64,000 nucleotides of DNA, taken from assembly GCF_009914755.1 (NCBI RefSeq), contig NC_060937.1. One strand, given 5' to 3'. Below the pieces are notes generated by a model. It did no database searches and was not told where the DNA came from. It worked only from the letters and a program-made list of their open reading frames with translations. Below, piece by piece: positions 19,400-34,213 of the stretch (positions are counted from its first letter, which is position 1; each line of letters opens with the position of its first letter). The position numbers and the translations under genes are program-made. This stretch comes from the human T2T-CHM13v2.0 reference genome, Homo sapiens.

Positions 19400-19620
19400 T
19401 GGTGAACAGTGGTGAGTATTTTGGCAGGAAGCAGACTTCAGCATAAATTTCACTCTAACTCCTTGTTAGCTGTTTCCTTCTGCAGATTACATCACCCTTT
19501 CAATACAGCTTTCTCACCTGTAAATGGGAGTATTCGTTTTTAATTTCCAGAGTTGCTATGCGGAGAAAGCAAGAAAATGCATGTTAGAACAGTGAGAGGC
19601 ACATAGCAGTTGTTCAAGCA
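19400..19620 (+). mobile_element. MIR
   Basis: Core TTTCTCACCTGTAAATGGGAG; TTAGAACAGTG..GGCACATAG. Confidence 0.65.
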
Positions 19621-19846
19621 ATGTGGTTGCGGTAGAAGTGGTGCTGACAGTGGGGTTTTAGGAGTTGCCCCTGCACATGTATTTCCTCTGCCTGGAATAT
19701 CCCTATCCTCATCCCTTCTTAATTTCCTGGTGAATTTGTACTGATTGAGTTGTAACTCAAATATTCTTTTCTCTAATCTGCCTTCTTCTTATTCCCAGCT
19801 AAAGGCTGGCCTGGGTTCACCTCACCTGCATTCTCAGATTTTGCAA

Positions 19847-20159
19847 TTTTTTTTTTTTTTTTTTTTTTTTTTTGAGACGGAGTCTTGCTCTGTCGCCCAG
19901 GCTGGAGTCCAGTGGCGTGATCTCAGCTCACTGCAAGCTCCGCCTCCCAGGTTCACATCATTCTCCTGCCTCAGCCTCCTGAGTAGCTGGGACTACAGGT
20001 GCCCACCACCACATCTGGCTAATTTTTTTTTTTGTATTTTTAGTAGAGACAGGGTTTCACTGTGTTAGCCAGGATTGTCTTGATCTCCTGACCTCTTGAT
20101 CCACCTGCCTCGCCCTCCCAAAGTGCTGGGATTACAGGCGTGAGCCACCACGCCCGGCC
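19847..20159 (-). mobile_element. AluY-like element
   Basis: Full dimer, long poly-T, TGCAAGCTCCGCC; TSD AGATTTTGCAATTTTTT at 19836 and 20160. Confidence 0.93.
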
Positions 20160-20726
20160 AGATTTTGCAATTTTTTAAAGAACCTGGATCACTTTGTCCA
20201 TGATTATCTGTTTCAGCTGTGTTTTTCCATTAGATGTGCACATCTGCAGTTCAGATATTGTGACATCTTGCTGTACCAGTGCCCTGCTCATTTTTGTAGA
20301 AACACAATACACATTCGTGAAATTGCATTGAAAGAAGAACTGTTACATATGCTTCCTGGGATCAGCGGAGCCACTAATGGCAGTCTGGGGTTGTCTAATG
20401 TTGTCTCAGCTGCCTAATATTTTAAGTTATGGTCCCTCTTTAACTATAACTCCTCACATGTATGAGAATGAAGGTCCTGCTTAGTTAACAGAGACAATTG
20501 TCCTCTCTAAGCATTTGTATTGTTATAATATGTTATTTAATATTACATTATTTCCTTAGTCATACTCTATTTTTTTTTCTCAGTGAGAAATAGTCAAATG
20601 CATATCAAGAGAATCTTTTAATATATGTTGTGGGAGAGAGAAAGATTCAGGTAATTTTTGATACATGCTACATTTATACTATAAAACCACAAGTTCTACA
20701 AGACCTAATGTTTTCTTCAAGAGATT

Positions 20727-20909
20727 GTGGGTGCCTGTAATCCTAGCTACTCGGGAGGCTGAGACAGGAGAATCGCTTGAACCCAGGAGGTGGAGGTTTC
20801 AGTGAGCTGGGATTGCGCCACCGCACTCCGTCTTGGGTGACAGAGCGAGACTCCATTTGAAAACAAAACAAAAAAAACTCCAAAACAAACAAACAAAAAA
20901 CCTCCAAAA
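20727..20909 (+). mobile_element. AluS right arm with A/C-rich tail
   Basis: GCCTGTAATCCTAGCTACTCGGGAGGCTGAG...GACAGAGCGAGACTCCAT. Confidence 0.88.
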
Positions 20910-23900
20910 GTGTACATTATTAACCTCCATGTAAAGCCCATATTGTCTCTCCAGATTCACACTCATGGCTTGCCCAACGTGCTCCGAATAAGAAAGTCAA
21001 TCAAGACGGGGAATGATGTGGTTGACACTGACGTGACGAAAATCCTGAGGTGGCCCCACCGTTTCAGGAGCACTATTTCAAAGAGGGACTCCTAAAATTC
21101 TTCTGACCCCTCACTTTTTCTCTGAGGTGATGAAATTTCCCTTTTGCTGGGAATGGCGTAGATTGAGATGACATCGTCTCCACGGTTCCCGGCTGCAGTG
21201 CTCTGGGAATTCCTTACTGTTGACATCAGATGACCGGCATTTTCTTATTTTATTGGTCACCGTGTGGGTTGGGTTATGTGAAGATTGGCATGTCAGGGTC
21301 ACCATGAGAGGCAGCTGAGAGTCTTTAGAAATAGTGATTGTGACCTAATGTGAGAATTTAACAGAAGAGGATGAAAATTTAACTGTTATTTTATAGGCAC
21401 AGAGGGCCCAGGGGATCAAGCCACAGAGAATTTCTGATGCTGTGCCAAAGTCACTATGCCATATGGATGTCCTCTACACAGGGCATTTATTCCATACCTT
21501 CACTTGGTTTCCAGAGGAAGAAAAATATTACTCCTCTGAACATAGAGAAAGCACATAACTAAAGTTAGAGAATGATGAGTTCTTAGAAAAAAAAAAGAGG
21601 AAGTCAGAGTAAGTAGCCTTTAATATAAAGTTTATATTTTCTGATTAATTCCATTAGCCTCCTTGGTTTGAGCTTACCAAGAAAACATCATTTCCAAAAT
21701 GAGGGAGCCACTTCCCTCCCGAGTAGGAAGGTGTGCCTGCCTGCATCCAGCCTGGGGAACCACGTGTTGCCCACCCTGATTGCTCTGCTCTTCCAATTAG
21801 ATGCCAAGAGAGTTTTTATTCCCAGTCCAAAACTGGGAGAGAGCTTTCCTCCTCAGCTGTGAGGCAGCCACCTTTCACATTAGGGTGATTGCCCTAGAAC
21901 CTCTCACTGCACGCATAATTGCTAATCTTAATTGGTGAAACATCTTATGTAGTTATGTTGTTTAGGATGCTTGGAAATGGTGGCAGCTCTGTTGCCCCCC
22001 AAATCCTTATTAGTCGCCTCTTAAGTGACGGCAGACCAGTCCTGGATGGAGCAATGACCGTGAACCCTGAGTAGGGCTGGTGGCCTCTTCGTGTTTGCCA
22101 AGCACTTAAGTCCCCTCTCCCCATTCCGTCTTTCCTCGTCCCTCAGCCTGTTTTCTATCTCAGCCTTATTCCTATTGTTTAACAGCCACAAGAGAGTTGG
22201 AGTGAAAGTCTTTGGGAATCAAGAAAACTTCAGAAGATCCAGAAAGGAGTGATAAGAAGTCCTAGCTAGAAGAGAATTCTGTTCTGACTTTCTTCCATGT
22301 TAATTAGTTCTCATTTTGAACGTTTGGGAGGAATGTGGGTAGACAGGCTCTGGGACCCCAGGACCATTGCTTTGCGGGAGGGAGGGTGTGGTGCGGGAGC
22401 CCCTAAGACTCCTGTGCTGCAGCCGAGAAACGATGCTCAGTACTAGAGAGAACCCTGATATATCTGTTTTCCAGGGGGAACCATCTGAGTTCTCCACCCA
22501 GGTGGGTTTCCTGGGAGGAACGGGCTTCAGAGGAGTCCTGTCAATGTGAGGAGGGAACACTGTCAGGGAAGCGGGTGGTACTTGGAGGTTTGGATCAGGC
22601 TGAAGCCAAAGCTTGGGTATGGGAGCAGATTGGTCAGATGAAAGGGCAAGTGAGTCAAATGTTCTGCAAGGAACAGAGGAGGCAAGGAGACCAATGTACT
22701 TTGGACTGTGTGGCAAAGGAGCTAAAAGGAGGAGAAGAAAATCTAGACGTAGATCTACGGTGTAATGGAAAGCCAACTACAATACGTCAAGGAAGGGGTG
22801 GCATTTTCAGAATGACGAAAGCCACTTGATTTTATAGTGATTTTGAAACAAGGAAAGTTTTAAATTAAAGAATATGTCAATCTCCAGAGCCATTTGATTT
22901 TCTTTTTGGCAGCTTATTCAGAGTTGGTCTGGCCAAATATTATAGCAGCTTCTCTTTTTTGCGCCAGGGCATGATTAAATGACTTCTTAAGATGGGTTTT
23001 AGCTGTGTAAGTTGCCAACCTATCTCAGGTGAGTTTATTAAACCCTTGCTGCACTGGACTTTCCTCCGTTCATCCCCAGCAGGGCACTTGTGGGCAACTG
23101 TGATCACAGGATAGCTGTCATCGGTCAGGGGACTGTGGCTATCTGCTGTAAAAATGGCATAGGTTCTTGTGCCTCTGATAAGAACTCACAGAAGAAATAA
23201 GAACTTGGCACTGGAGTAGCTCACAATTTGATATTTTTGGTTTAAGGAACTTTTTGGCAGACTTTTTGAGATCTGTGTACCTGAGTAGTTCACCTTCCTA
23301 AGACAATTTGAAAATTTCTCCTTTGATTCTGCCACCCAAGATGTACTCAGCTTTTCCATCAGAACCAGCCAGGGAAGTCTGCTTCCCAGCTCCTTCTGGA
23401 AATTCACATCCACAGGGGCTCCCCTGCAGGTCTGTGTTGCTGCGGGCCAGCTGGTGTCTGAGCAGGTAGGGGAGGTCACACTGAAAACTGGAGTCTGCTT
23501 GAAACCCCGTGGCCGCAGTCACATGCGGTCATTAAGTCAATTCCTGCTAGGTGTAGGTCGGTGCGTAGGATGCAAAGATGTATACAACATGCTCCCTGTC
23601 CTTGATTTCTTTACGACCTCTTTGGAAAGGCAGGCCATTGATACTGAGAAGGGCAGCCAGACCAAGCAGTTATGCTGTATACCCCAAGAGTGGTACCAAT
23701 CAAAGCAGCTATTTAGTGTTTCAGAGGAGAGAGCAGGCATTGTGGCTGAAACGCTTAGAGAAAGACACATGGAAGAGACAAGACGGGACCTGGTTTTAAA
23801 GAACAGGCTCTACTGGAACAAGTAGAGAAGGGAGAGGGAGATGCTCCCTGTCAGGGCTGGGATGGAAATGTGGCCCACTGTGTGGGTCTCGGATAAAAAG

Positions 23901-26900
23901 TCAAGTGCCATGAGGAAGGAGGGAATGGTTCTTGAGACCCTGGGAATCCATGGCTCCTTCTAAGACCAAACCATGTTGGGGAATCTGCAGGGCTGCAGTT
24001 GCGAGCTGGGCTGTTTGTCCTGGAGTCTGTGAGCCCTGGGGAGCCCGTGAAGGATCTTGGGCAGGTGAGTGATTTGAGCACGGTGCGGTCCGGACAATTT
24101 GGAGTCAGGATGCCAGGAGGTTGCTGTCTAGGAGAGCTGCTAAAAGACATGTAGGGCTATAATTTCAATATCAGCCACAGTGTCACAGCCTGACTGGTCA
24201 CTGGGAACTTGATAATCACAGAGTCTCTCAAGCCATTCCTGGTAAACATTTGGGATTTTCAGGTCTGAGCTCCTTCCTCCCAGTTTCTGCTCTTTCCCCT
24301 ACAACTCCCTTCTAACCTTTCCCTGCCCTGGATATTAACTTCCCTGTGGGCTCCTCAGCAGCCGGCTGGGATCTGAGTTTTCTCTTTTCAGGCCTGGGAG
24401 GTCTAGAGGCTGTGCTGGTCAGTAATTTCTGGAGCTCTAACATCTTTTTCTTCTTTTGAACTCACTATAAACCAGAAGTTAAAAAGACATTTAAAAGTTT
24501 ACCAAGGTGAATAATGTGATAGAAATGTGAGTACTAGTGGCAATTGGGAAAAAGAAACAAGCTTGCTGATTATAAATGATTTTATCCTTCACATTGAGCA
24601 ATTTATTTTATGCTATGTATTCTTATAAAATGACCAGATTTATTACTATGTGTACTCATTTTAAAATTTTAATTTTTAAATAAAATATTTTTTTGGCTTC
24701 CATTATATTTACTTTTATAATAAGGCTCCATTTATGGCAGGAGGTTCTGTTTTCCATTTTTTGTAATGATAGAAAGTTTCCTTTTGAAATATTAATTTAA
24801 ACCAAAAATTCGTCAATTTAGAATAAATTGTTAAGTAACAGTACACGATACATGGCATATGGGTTTGCCAAAATTGTGACACACTTATAGGACTGAAGTT
24901 TATAAAACGACACCCTAGAGAAAGTAGACTATGCTGTCCCCGACATCTGCTACTGAAGAGGATGAAAACTGACTTGGCTTCCATTCCACCAATAAGACTA
25001 TACCAAGATCCAAGAAGATGATGGATAAGGATCTGATACCTCTCATTGGAACCATGTGTCTCATCATCTGTACACTCTGTAAGAAACTTCAGGATAGGGA
25101 CCAGATCTTATTGAGTTTGTGTCTAACATGCAATCCTCTAACATGAGGCCTGCATATACTAAGTACTAAATACATTTTTGCTAGAGTAATGAATCCGTAG
25201 ATTTGCATTGCAATAAGAGCACCTCTAGACAGTTTAATTTTGTGTTTGTTTATTCTGGAACTATCAGGCTATAATTAAATAAATGTTGCCAATGAGTCTA
25301 GCTTGTCACAAGTTTCAAAAGAATAAGACAACACAGGTGCATTCAGCTGATTGGTGGGATTTGGATTCCCACAGGCTAGCTTGCTGCAGCAGGTGTGAGG
25401 AACTGTGAATAAAGGGCACAATTAGAGCTACCTCGAGGATTGAGCCTGGCCAATTCCTACATATCTAACATTTTCTTTCTTCTTGTAGAAGAAAAAGATT
25501 CTTGGAAAAGAGACATAGCTGGTTCTTAGTAACTACTGGGAAAAACATCACAGGGAGCCCTGGATGAAAGCCATTATTTCCAATGGAAATACTGACTCGT
25601 AGCACCATGGCCTATTGTAAAATCTAGTGAAACGTGCATAAAAATCTTGCATCTGGTTTGAGATTTATCTTTGCTACCAACTCAGTCTGTCTGCATTTTT
25701 TGACTGTATTCGGGGGTGGCTGTTCATGCAGGAATGCGGGGCTACCTTAAGGGAGACTCAAAGGAAACAATATGTGGAAGAAACGTAGAGAATGAGTTGC
25801 TTTTGCTATCACAATGGCATATGAAAAAAATTCTTTACTAAACAATTGACAAAGGATAAGGTAAATATGAGCTTATTGCAGTGACTTTCAGGGACTTTTT
25901 ATTGGACAACAGTGCCTTGCCCTTCTCACAGTGAAATTCATTAAATTGGGCTTTGGTATCATGTGCGTGACTTGTAAATAAACAATACTTTAAGAAACAG
26001 CTTTGCAAAGCCCATGGCATTTGGGGTTGCAACTCTATTTAAGGCATGGTTTACTATTTCTCAGTATCTTCTATGTGAAGGCCCATTTACTTTAAAGTAA
26101 ATGCTGGGAACTGCTTTGTTCTTTTTGAGATACTGATTCAGTTTTGCTCTATTGAAAAATTCTTTCACAATTATGTTCTCTACATTTGCTCACAGCCCAA
26201 GTCACCATCAGTGTAGGAGATTACGGTCTGCATATAAGCAGTTTACTGTTCCACCTGGTATTGCCACTCTATTCTAATTGAATTCCCTAGTCCTGATTTT
26301 TTATTTTCAATTGTTATTTTACCACTTTATGGTGTATATTTCTAGTTCACTGCTATTTACAATTTGTGGAATGAGGAAAGACGTCTGAGGTGCTTGTGTG
26401 TAGCATCCAAATGCAAGAGCATCTCCTTGTTCTTCAGATGAAAATGAGAGTCAGTTATGAAAATGGATGTAGTTCTCTGATTCGAATAATGGTTGAGGAC
26501 ATGTATAAACGGCTTGGCTCAGTTGCGAGGCTGATAAGAGTGTGTTTGGAATAACCAGTCTCAATGCCAAGAAAAATGCCACATAATCTCAGCTTCATCT
26601 AGCAAGTGAACTTGGTGTTGGTGTGGGGTGATCTAGCATTGGTTGGGAATGTCAGGTTTGGAAATACTTCCTGGTGGTATCAGCTATGGAAATAGACGCT
26701 AGACGAGGCTACGTAGCTCATCAGCTATTCCCTGAAAGCAGAAAATCCAGGGGTTCAGAATTCAGGGCCTCCCGGTAGAGACAGCATTGTGAATATTCAG
26801 TAATACTCTCCCCATTGTCAAAAAGCCTTGCATCTTTTCTTCCCTTCCTCCTTTCTCTCTTTATACTCATCCTTCTCCTCTTTTTCTTCCTCCTCTTTCT

Positions 26901-27049
26901 TCTAATATATGTTGAATTTCTTTATTTCATACCTCAAATACTCATTTCCTGCCTTCCTTTTCTATAGCTGCTGTAGCGGTTCCCATAAACCCAAGAGCTC
27001 AACACAACCTTTATTTCATCGCACCTGCCATGGTTGACACTTAAACATC

Positions 27050-28250
27050 AGCTCTACAATTTACATACACCATAATGTACCCATTTTATTGTACGATTAG
27101 ATGAATTTTGACCCGTGTGTACACCCATGTAACCATCATCATAATCAAGATTTGGAGCTTTTCCTTCATTTTCCTTGTGCCCCTTTGCCTTCATGTCCCT
27201 CCCACCCCGCCGCCCCTGCTCCTGGAAAGTGACTATCCTGCTTTCTGTGACTGCAGATCCATTTTGACAGTTAAAGAATTCCATGTAAATGGAATTGCAT
27301 CGTGCCTACTCCTTTGTTTCTGGCTTATTTTGCTGAGCACTGTGTTTCTGGGGCTCGTCCATCTCGCGGTGTGCATCAGAAGTTCTTTTCTTGATACCGC
27401 CAAGTAGTCCATTGTGTGGATACACTAGAGTTGGTCCATTCACCTGTTTTGGACATACGGATTGTTTCCTGTTTGGGGCTAATGTGAATAAAGCTGTTAG
27501 GAACATTTGTGCACAAGTCTTTGTATAGGAAAATGTTGTACTTTTTTGGAGAAAATACTCAGGAGTAGAATTATTTCACTTTAAGAGATTGGAAAACTAT
27601 TTTCCGAAGTTGCTATACCACTCACCTTCCCACCAGCAAGGTATGGTATTTCCAGTTGGTTCATATCCTCACCAATACTTGGAATTAGTATTTTTTAAAG
27701 TTTGGACATTCTAGTGGATGTGTTGCAGTATTTCATGATTTAGTTTACATATCCCTGATGATTAATGAAGTTGAAAAGTTTTTGATAAGCTTATTGCTCA
27801 CTGTGTAAGTCTTCTTTTGTGAGCATGTGGTAGGACCTCTGCTCATTCTGAAAACTGAATTGTCTTTGTCTTATTAAGTTAAAAATTCTTTCCCTTATAT
27901 TTTGGATACAAGCTTTTGAGTTTGCATCATTTGTTGAACAGACTCTCCTTTATCAACTGAATTTCACTGACACTGAAAATCAAATTCCTATATATATGTG
28001 GGTTGTTTCTTGACTCTCTATCTTGCTCATTGTTGAATGTGTCTATTTTTAGATCACTACCACTCTTTCCATATATACAAAATCCATATATATGTGTGAT
28101 GTATGTATATGCGTAATTCCTCTTTGTTCTTCTTCACAATTGTTTTGGCTCATCTTGGATTTTTGTACTTCCAAGATCCTGCTAGGATCCTGTCTGTGAT
28201 GACTTGATTTTATGTGTCATTTTGGGGTGAATGGACATCTTGACTCTAGT
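27050..28250 (-). mobile_element. Old L1 (L1ME/MD-like) 3' end and ORF2 fragments
   Basis: Reverse L1 3' end CAATTTACATACACCATAATGTACCCATTTT...ACACCCATGTAACC; GTGAATAAAGCTG..GAACATTTGTGCACAAGTCTTTG; TTCCCACCAGCAA. Confidence 0.85.
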
Positions 28251-30669
28251 ATGCACTTCTGCTGAGGTGTCAATCACAGTGGGGAGTGTGATACAGGTGA
28301 GTGAATGTGCCAGTGGTGACAACTGGAGCCAACTGATGGGCCATTGTGCATCTCCCAGATACTTGGAAGACTAAGTAAAAGCAGAGGTGCATACTAGAAT
28401 AAAATGGCAGAAAAAAAGGCTGTTTTTTTTAAATTAGCATTTAAAAATTCATACTAGTGATGTAATTAGTAGTCATCAAACTACTAAACTGATTTTCTAA
28501 TTATATGTACATTTAAAATGTAGATTATTGTTGGATTTTTAAGTGACATAAATGTATGCCTTAGATGTGTGGTTGACAGACTCTAGGTCTGAGCCCTCAT
28601 GTACTCGGTGTGTATCACTGCCAACAAGCCATTAATTCCAGGCTTTAGGATCCTTGTGCTGGGACTGGTGGGCCCTACGGGTGGGAGGAAATCAGAAGTG
28701 TAGCAGTGGGTCCCTGCCACCTGGTCAAATAGGACCAGACACTTGGCTGGTGACTTGGCAGAAATATGATTGAATGTGATCATTTTTGATGAGCTAAAAT
28801 GCTAAACCTGTACTTGAGGAGATCTACTGTATAATTTATGAGTAGCACTGTGTCTTTCCTCTGTCCTACTTTTCTGAAGCAATGCATTTTCTTTGATTCA
28901 TTTACTATTTAGGTCTCAGTTGATGGGCCACAGTATAAGGTCTTTATTCTTGATGATTTTTTACTCTTCCTTTCTCGCATGCAGGTGCCACTCCACCTGC
29001 CTGCTTTATTTCCACATCAGAAAATGATCAGGATCCACCAGCCTTCTTCACTCTGATTTCCCAGCATTGGTGGAGGATTTTTCTAATTCTTCAGTGTCTG
29101 GAATGTGTAAGCTTCAGTTTGTATTTGACTTCCACCAGCTTCCTTCCCACCCAGTATTTTTCAGTGATTCATCAATTATTTATTAAGTACCCACTATATT
29201 AGATATTTGTTTTCTTTTGTAGTGCCCTGTGCTTACCTCTTTTGCTGCATCTATCACATTAAATTATGTCTTTCCCACTACTTTAGGCCCCGAGGGCAAG
29301 AGCAACGCTGGGTGTACCGTTGTATTATGGTACTTTGCAAATTCATGACACTTACTATGTACTCAATACATTTTTTTTCCTTTCTCTGAACTTAGTAGTC
29401 ACACTAAACCTTTTTTGTAAATTTACGTTCTTCTGACATTATTTATTTAGTTGGTTACTTTTTTCCAGTATAAAAAATTTTAACCATGCAGAAAAGTACA
29501 GATAAATAATATAACACCTCAGTATTAATAAACACAAGGCATCTTCCGACAAACTTTGTTTAGTCTGAATACTCTTATTGAAAAAATAACTAAAAATTAG
29601 TCTGAAGTGTTTTGCTATTTTTCCTATAGAATTTTTCTTATATTTTATAATTCCTACCATTTCAGTAAGAGAAAATCTTATATAGTTGAAGGCCTTGTGT
29701 ATTCTTCCCTAATCCCATATCTCCTCCTCACCCTCCCAAAGAAATAACCATCTGAACTTGTTCTTATTTTCAAGTGGGTTTTTAGGCTTCTTGTCCCTGT
29801 GTTTTTAAATGATACCTAGGATTGTTTTATCTTTTTGTAAATGATGTGTTATTCTGTATACTTCTGCAACTTGATTTTCTCAACTGATGTGATGTTTTTT
29901 GAAATTAGTCCATGTTGATAGATGTTGCTCTAGCTAGGTCATTTATTTTAATTGCAGAATGGCATTCCATTGTGTGAACAAACCCACCATGTATTAATCA
30001 GGGCTTCTGGTGACCAGCATTTAGATGGTCTCCACTACGTCTGTGCTTACAAACAATGTGGCAATTAACATTCTTGTACATGCCCCATGTGCACATATAA
30101 AGTGCAATTACTCGGTCAAAAGAGTATACGCATCTTCAATTCTATTACTTACTGCAAAAGTGTTGTTTTTAAAAAAATCAGATCTGATAATGTTTGTCTT
30201 TTGAGTGGCAAGTCCATTTGTATTTATTAAATTCCTCCTGTATTTGGTTTCATCTCTGCCATCTTATATTGCACTTTCTATTTAGCCTGCTTTTTCTGTT
30301 TCCCCATCCTTTTTTTTTTTCTGCTTCTGTCATTTTTATCATCACCTCTGCCTTCTTTCTATTTGTTTGGAGATTATATAAACACTATATTCTATTCTTC
30401 TAGTAGTTAAACTTTATAAATTTAAGAAGTGCCCTTGAAATAGTAAAGTTTAAGCTTAGCCAATTGCTTTGTTATCTTACTAAATAATGAAGGATGGTAC
30501 AACACATTAACTCTTATGAACCATTTCTGGCTTTCATATCATTTTCCCCTCAATACTTTAATTCTCTGCTTGATTTTTTTGACTCTATACCAAATGTTGA
30601 TAAACTAGATTTAATCACAAGTTTGACAACTTTTTTCTCACCAATTCTTCTTAAATATTAGTGCTACCT

Positions 30670-31035
<366 letters not shown>

Positions 31036-32731
31036 TCAGCTAGTGAACTGGTTTTGGTTTTTGTCAAAGACTGTCTCATTTAGCCTTTATTCTTGAATAC
31101 TTGCTTAACTGGGTATAGAATTCTAGGTTTTAGTTACTTTTCCGAGACGTCAAAGACACTTTTTCTGTCTTTTCCTTCTTCTGTTTTAAGGTTGGCTGTC
31201 AGCATGCTTGTATTTATTTGTGAATAGTCTGCTTTCTCTTTTATTACTTTTAAGATCATTGTCTTTGATGCCCTATATGTGCATTATGACAGGTCTAGGG
31301 GTGCCTTTATTTATCCTACTTTGGATCTTCCTTGATTCCTCAAACCGAGGATTTATGATTTTCTTCAATTCTGGAAACACTTTAGTCATATGTATTCTCT
31401 TTGAATTTTGCCATTCTTGTTCTGATCTCTACTTTGGGAAGTCTTATAAGCAAACGTTAGACTTCATGCTTCCAACCAACCTTGTGTCTCTTTCAGGTCG
31501 TTCTTATTAAATATTGACAGATGCAAAAAGATAAACATAGTAAGATATCAAGAATAGATGCAATGCACACCCAGGCCCCAGCAGTATCCTTGCAAGTCCT
31601 CCTGAGCCTGTCTCCATCCTGCCCCCCTGCCAGGTAACTGCTGCCCTGCAATGTGTGGAAAGCATCCTCATACTTTTCTTTTTAGTATTACCGCAAATGT
31701 TTGTAACCCTAAACAGAGTATTGCTTAGTTTTTCAAGGTTTTGAATGTCTTGTAGATGGAATCATACTCTAGGTATTTTATGGCTTGCTTTTAATGCTTG
31801 ACATTAACTGTTATCCATAATGTTAATTACTTAACTGTACTTTTTTGGTGTATTTTCTAAATGGTAATCATTTCATAGATAAATTTGTGTTGTTTCTTTG
31901 TCTCCAATCCTCTTACTTTTTGTTTCTTTTTCTTTTTCCACTGACTGGGAAATCCAGTAAAATAGAAGTAGCAATAACCAATTTTTCTGCCTTGTCCCTC
32001 ATTTTAAATGGTACATGTGCAATGTTTCTCCATTATCTGTGATGTATTCCGTAGGTTTATAAAAAGCATGTAGACTTTGTCAGTGTATCCTTTCTACTTC
32101 TAGTTTGCTGTGTGGCTTTAAAAATTGTGTATAAAGATGTTGTATTTTATCAAATGCTATTTAAAAAATCTATCAATTGATTCTATGAAATTTCTTTAAT
32201 CTGTTAATAATTGGTAAATTATCTGAATTGATTTTCTGATGTTAAAAACAACATTTGCCTCCTGGAATAACTAAATTTAGCCATGAATTATTTTGACATA
32301 AATTATTTTAAGGCACGTTTCTTAATTTCCAAACAAATGCACTATACCTAGTTATCTTTTCTGTTATTGATTTTTACCCTAATTTCATTGTGGTCAGAGA
32401 AAATGGTCTAGATAATACCAACCCTCTGAAAGTTATTGAGATTTGCTTTTTGGCCCAGTGTGTGGTCAGAATTGGAAAGAACCCATGAGTGCCTGAGAGG
32501 AGAACGTATTCTCTTCTTGTTGGATCATGCTTGTTAATTATGATGCCCAAGTCTATATACACTTACTGGTGGTTTTGTTTTTGTTTTTTGATTGCTTGAT
32601 CTATTACTTTCTGGAGAGAAATGTGTTAAAATTTCTGTATATGATGGTAGATTTGTTTTATTCTTTTTATATTGGTTAATTTTATGCTTAGTATATTTTG
32701 ATGTTAAGTTTTAAGATTCATGCAAGGTTGA

Positions 32732-32883
32732 TGCTATTATATATTTCTGATGACTTATTTTTCATTGTATGTGACTCTTTATCTCTAGTAATGCTTTTAC
32801 CTTAAAGTGCTATTATATATTTCTGATGACTTATTTTTCATTGTATGCGACTCTTTATCTCTAGTAATGCTTTTACCTTAAAG
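32732..32883. repeat. 76-bp direct tandem duplication
   Basis: 32732-32807 and 32808-32883 identical except ATGTGA vs ATGCGA. Confidence 0.95.
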
Positions 32884-32897
32884 TCTGATAGAGCTGA

Positions 32898-33240
<343 letters not shown>

Positions 33241-33569
33241 ATCTTTATCTTTTAACTGAGTAGTTTTTCTATTTGTATTTTGTAACTACCGATATGTTCG
33301 GGTTTAAATTACCATCTTATGTTTTTTATTAGTCTTGACTTTTGCACTTAATTTTCCTTTTATCGTTGTCTTCTTTGGATGGATTGGGCATTTTGTTCCA
33401 TTTCATTTCTCCCTTTACTCAACAAGAAACCATATCTTCAATTTGTATTGCATAATATCTTAAAGAGTTAATGTTACTCAATAGTTTTGTCCTCCTCATG
33501 AATAGTAAAAGAATCACAGAAAATAACCTCAAACACCCTCTGAGATTATATGCTTTGAGGCTAAGAAAG

Positions 33570-33650
33570 GCCAAAGGAAAGAAGGGAAGAAAGGAAGGAA
33601 AGAAGAAAGAAAGAGGAAAGAAAGAAGGAAAGAGGAAAGAAAGAAAAATA
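33570..33650. repeat. (GAAA/GGAA)n polypurine tract
   Basis: Directly visible. Confidence 0.85.
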
Positions 33651-33872
33651 ATCTTTTTTTAAAGCACAAAGCTTTTAAGCTTTACTTACCACTTTCTTTG
33701 CTCAACACTTTTTTTTTTTTCCATCTGGGATTACTTTTATTCTGCCCTTAAAATTTCCTTCAGTGAGTACCCATTGATAGCAAACTCTCAGATTTTGTTT
33801 TTCTGAAAATACTTTGCCCCATTCTTAAAAGATATTTTTACTGAGTATGCAATTCTAAGTTGACAATCATAT

Positions 33873-34192
33873 TCTTTTTTTTTTTTTTTTCAGAGATGGA
33901 GTTTCACTCTTATGCCCAGGCTGGAGTGAGTGGTGCGATCTCGGCTCACTGCAACCTTTCCGGCTCACTGCAACCTCTGTCCCCCAGGTTCAAGCGATTC
34001 TCCTGCTTCAGCCTCCCAAGTAGTTGGGATTACAGGCGCCCGCCACCACGCCTGGCTAATTTTTGTATTTTTACTAGAGACAGAGTTTTGCCATGTTGGC
34101 CAGGCTGGTGTCGAACTCCTGACCTGAAGTCATCCACCCACCTCGGCCTCCCAAAGTGCTAGGATTACAGGCATGAGCCACTGTGCCTGGCC
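33873..34192 (-). mobile_element. AluS (Sq/Sp-like) with internal 19-bp duplication
   Basis: GAGTTTCACTCTT start; CGGCTCACTGCAACCT at 33942 and 33961. Confidence 0.92.
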
Positions 34193-34213
34193 GACAAATT
34201 CTTTGAGCACTTT

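Noticed and set aside
22300-23825. ORFs of 97-158 aa in unique sequence
   Set aside because: Overlapping on both strands, no domain similarity; lengths expected by chance in GC-richer DNA.
25470-25866. Strong + strand splice acceptor TTTTCTTTCTTCTTGTAG with a possible donor at ~25861
   Set aside because: No ORF spans the interval and there is no exon chain; isolated splice-like motifs are frequent by chance. Needs RNA-seq.
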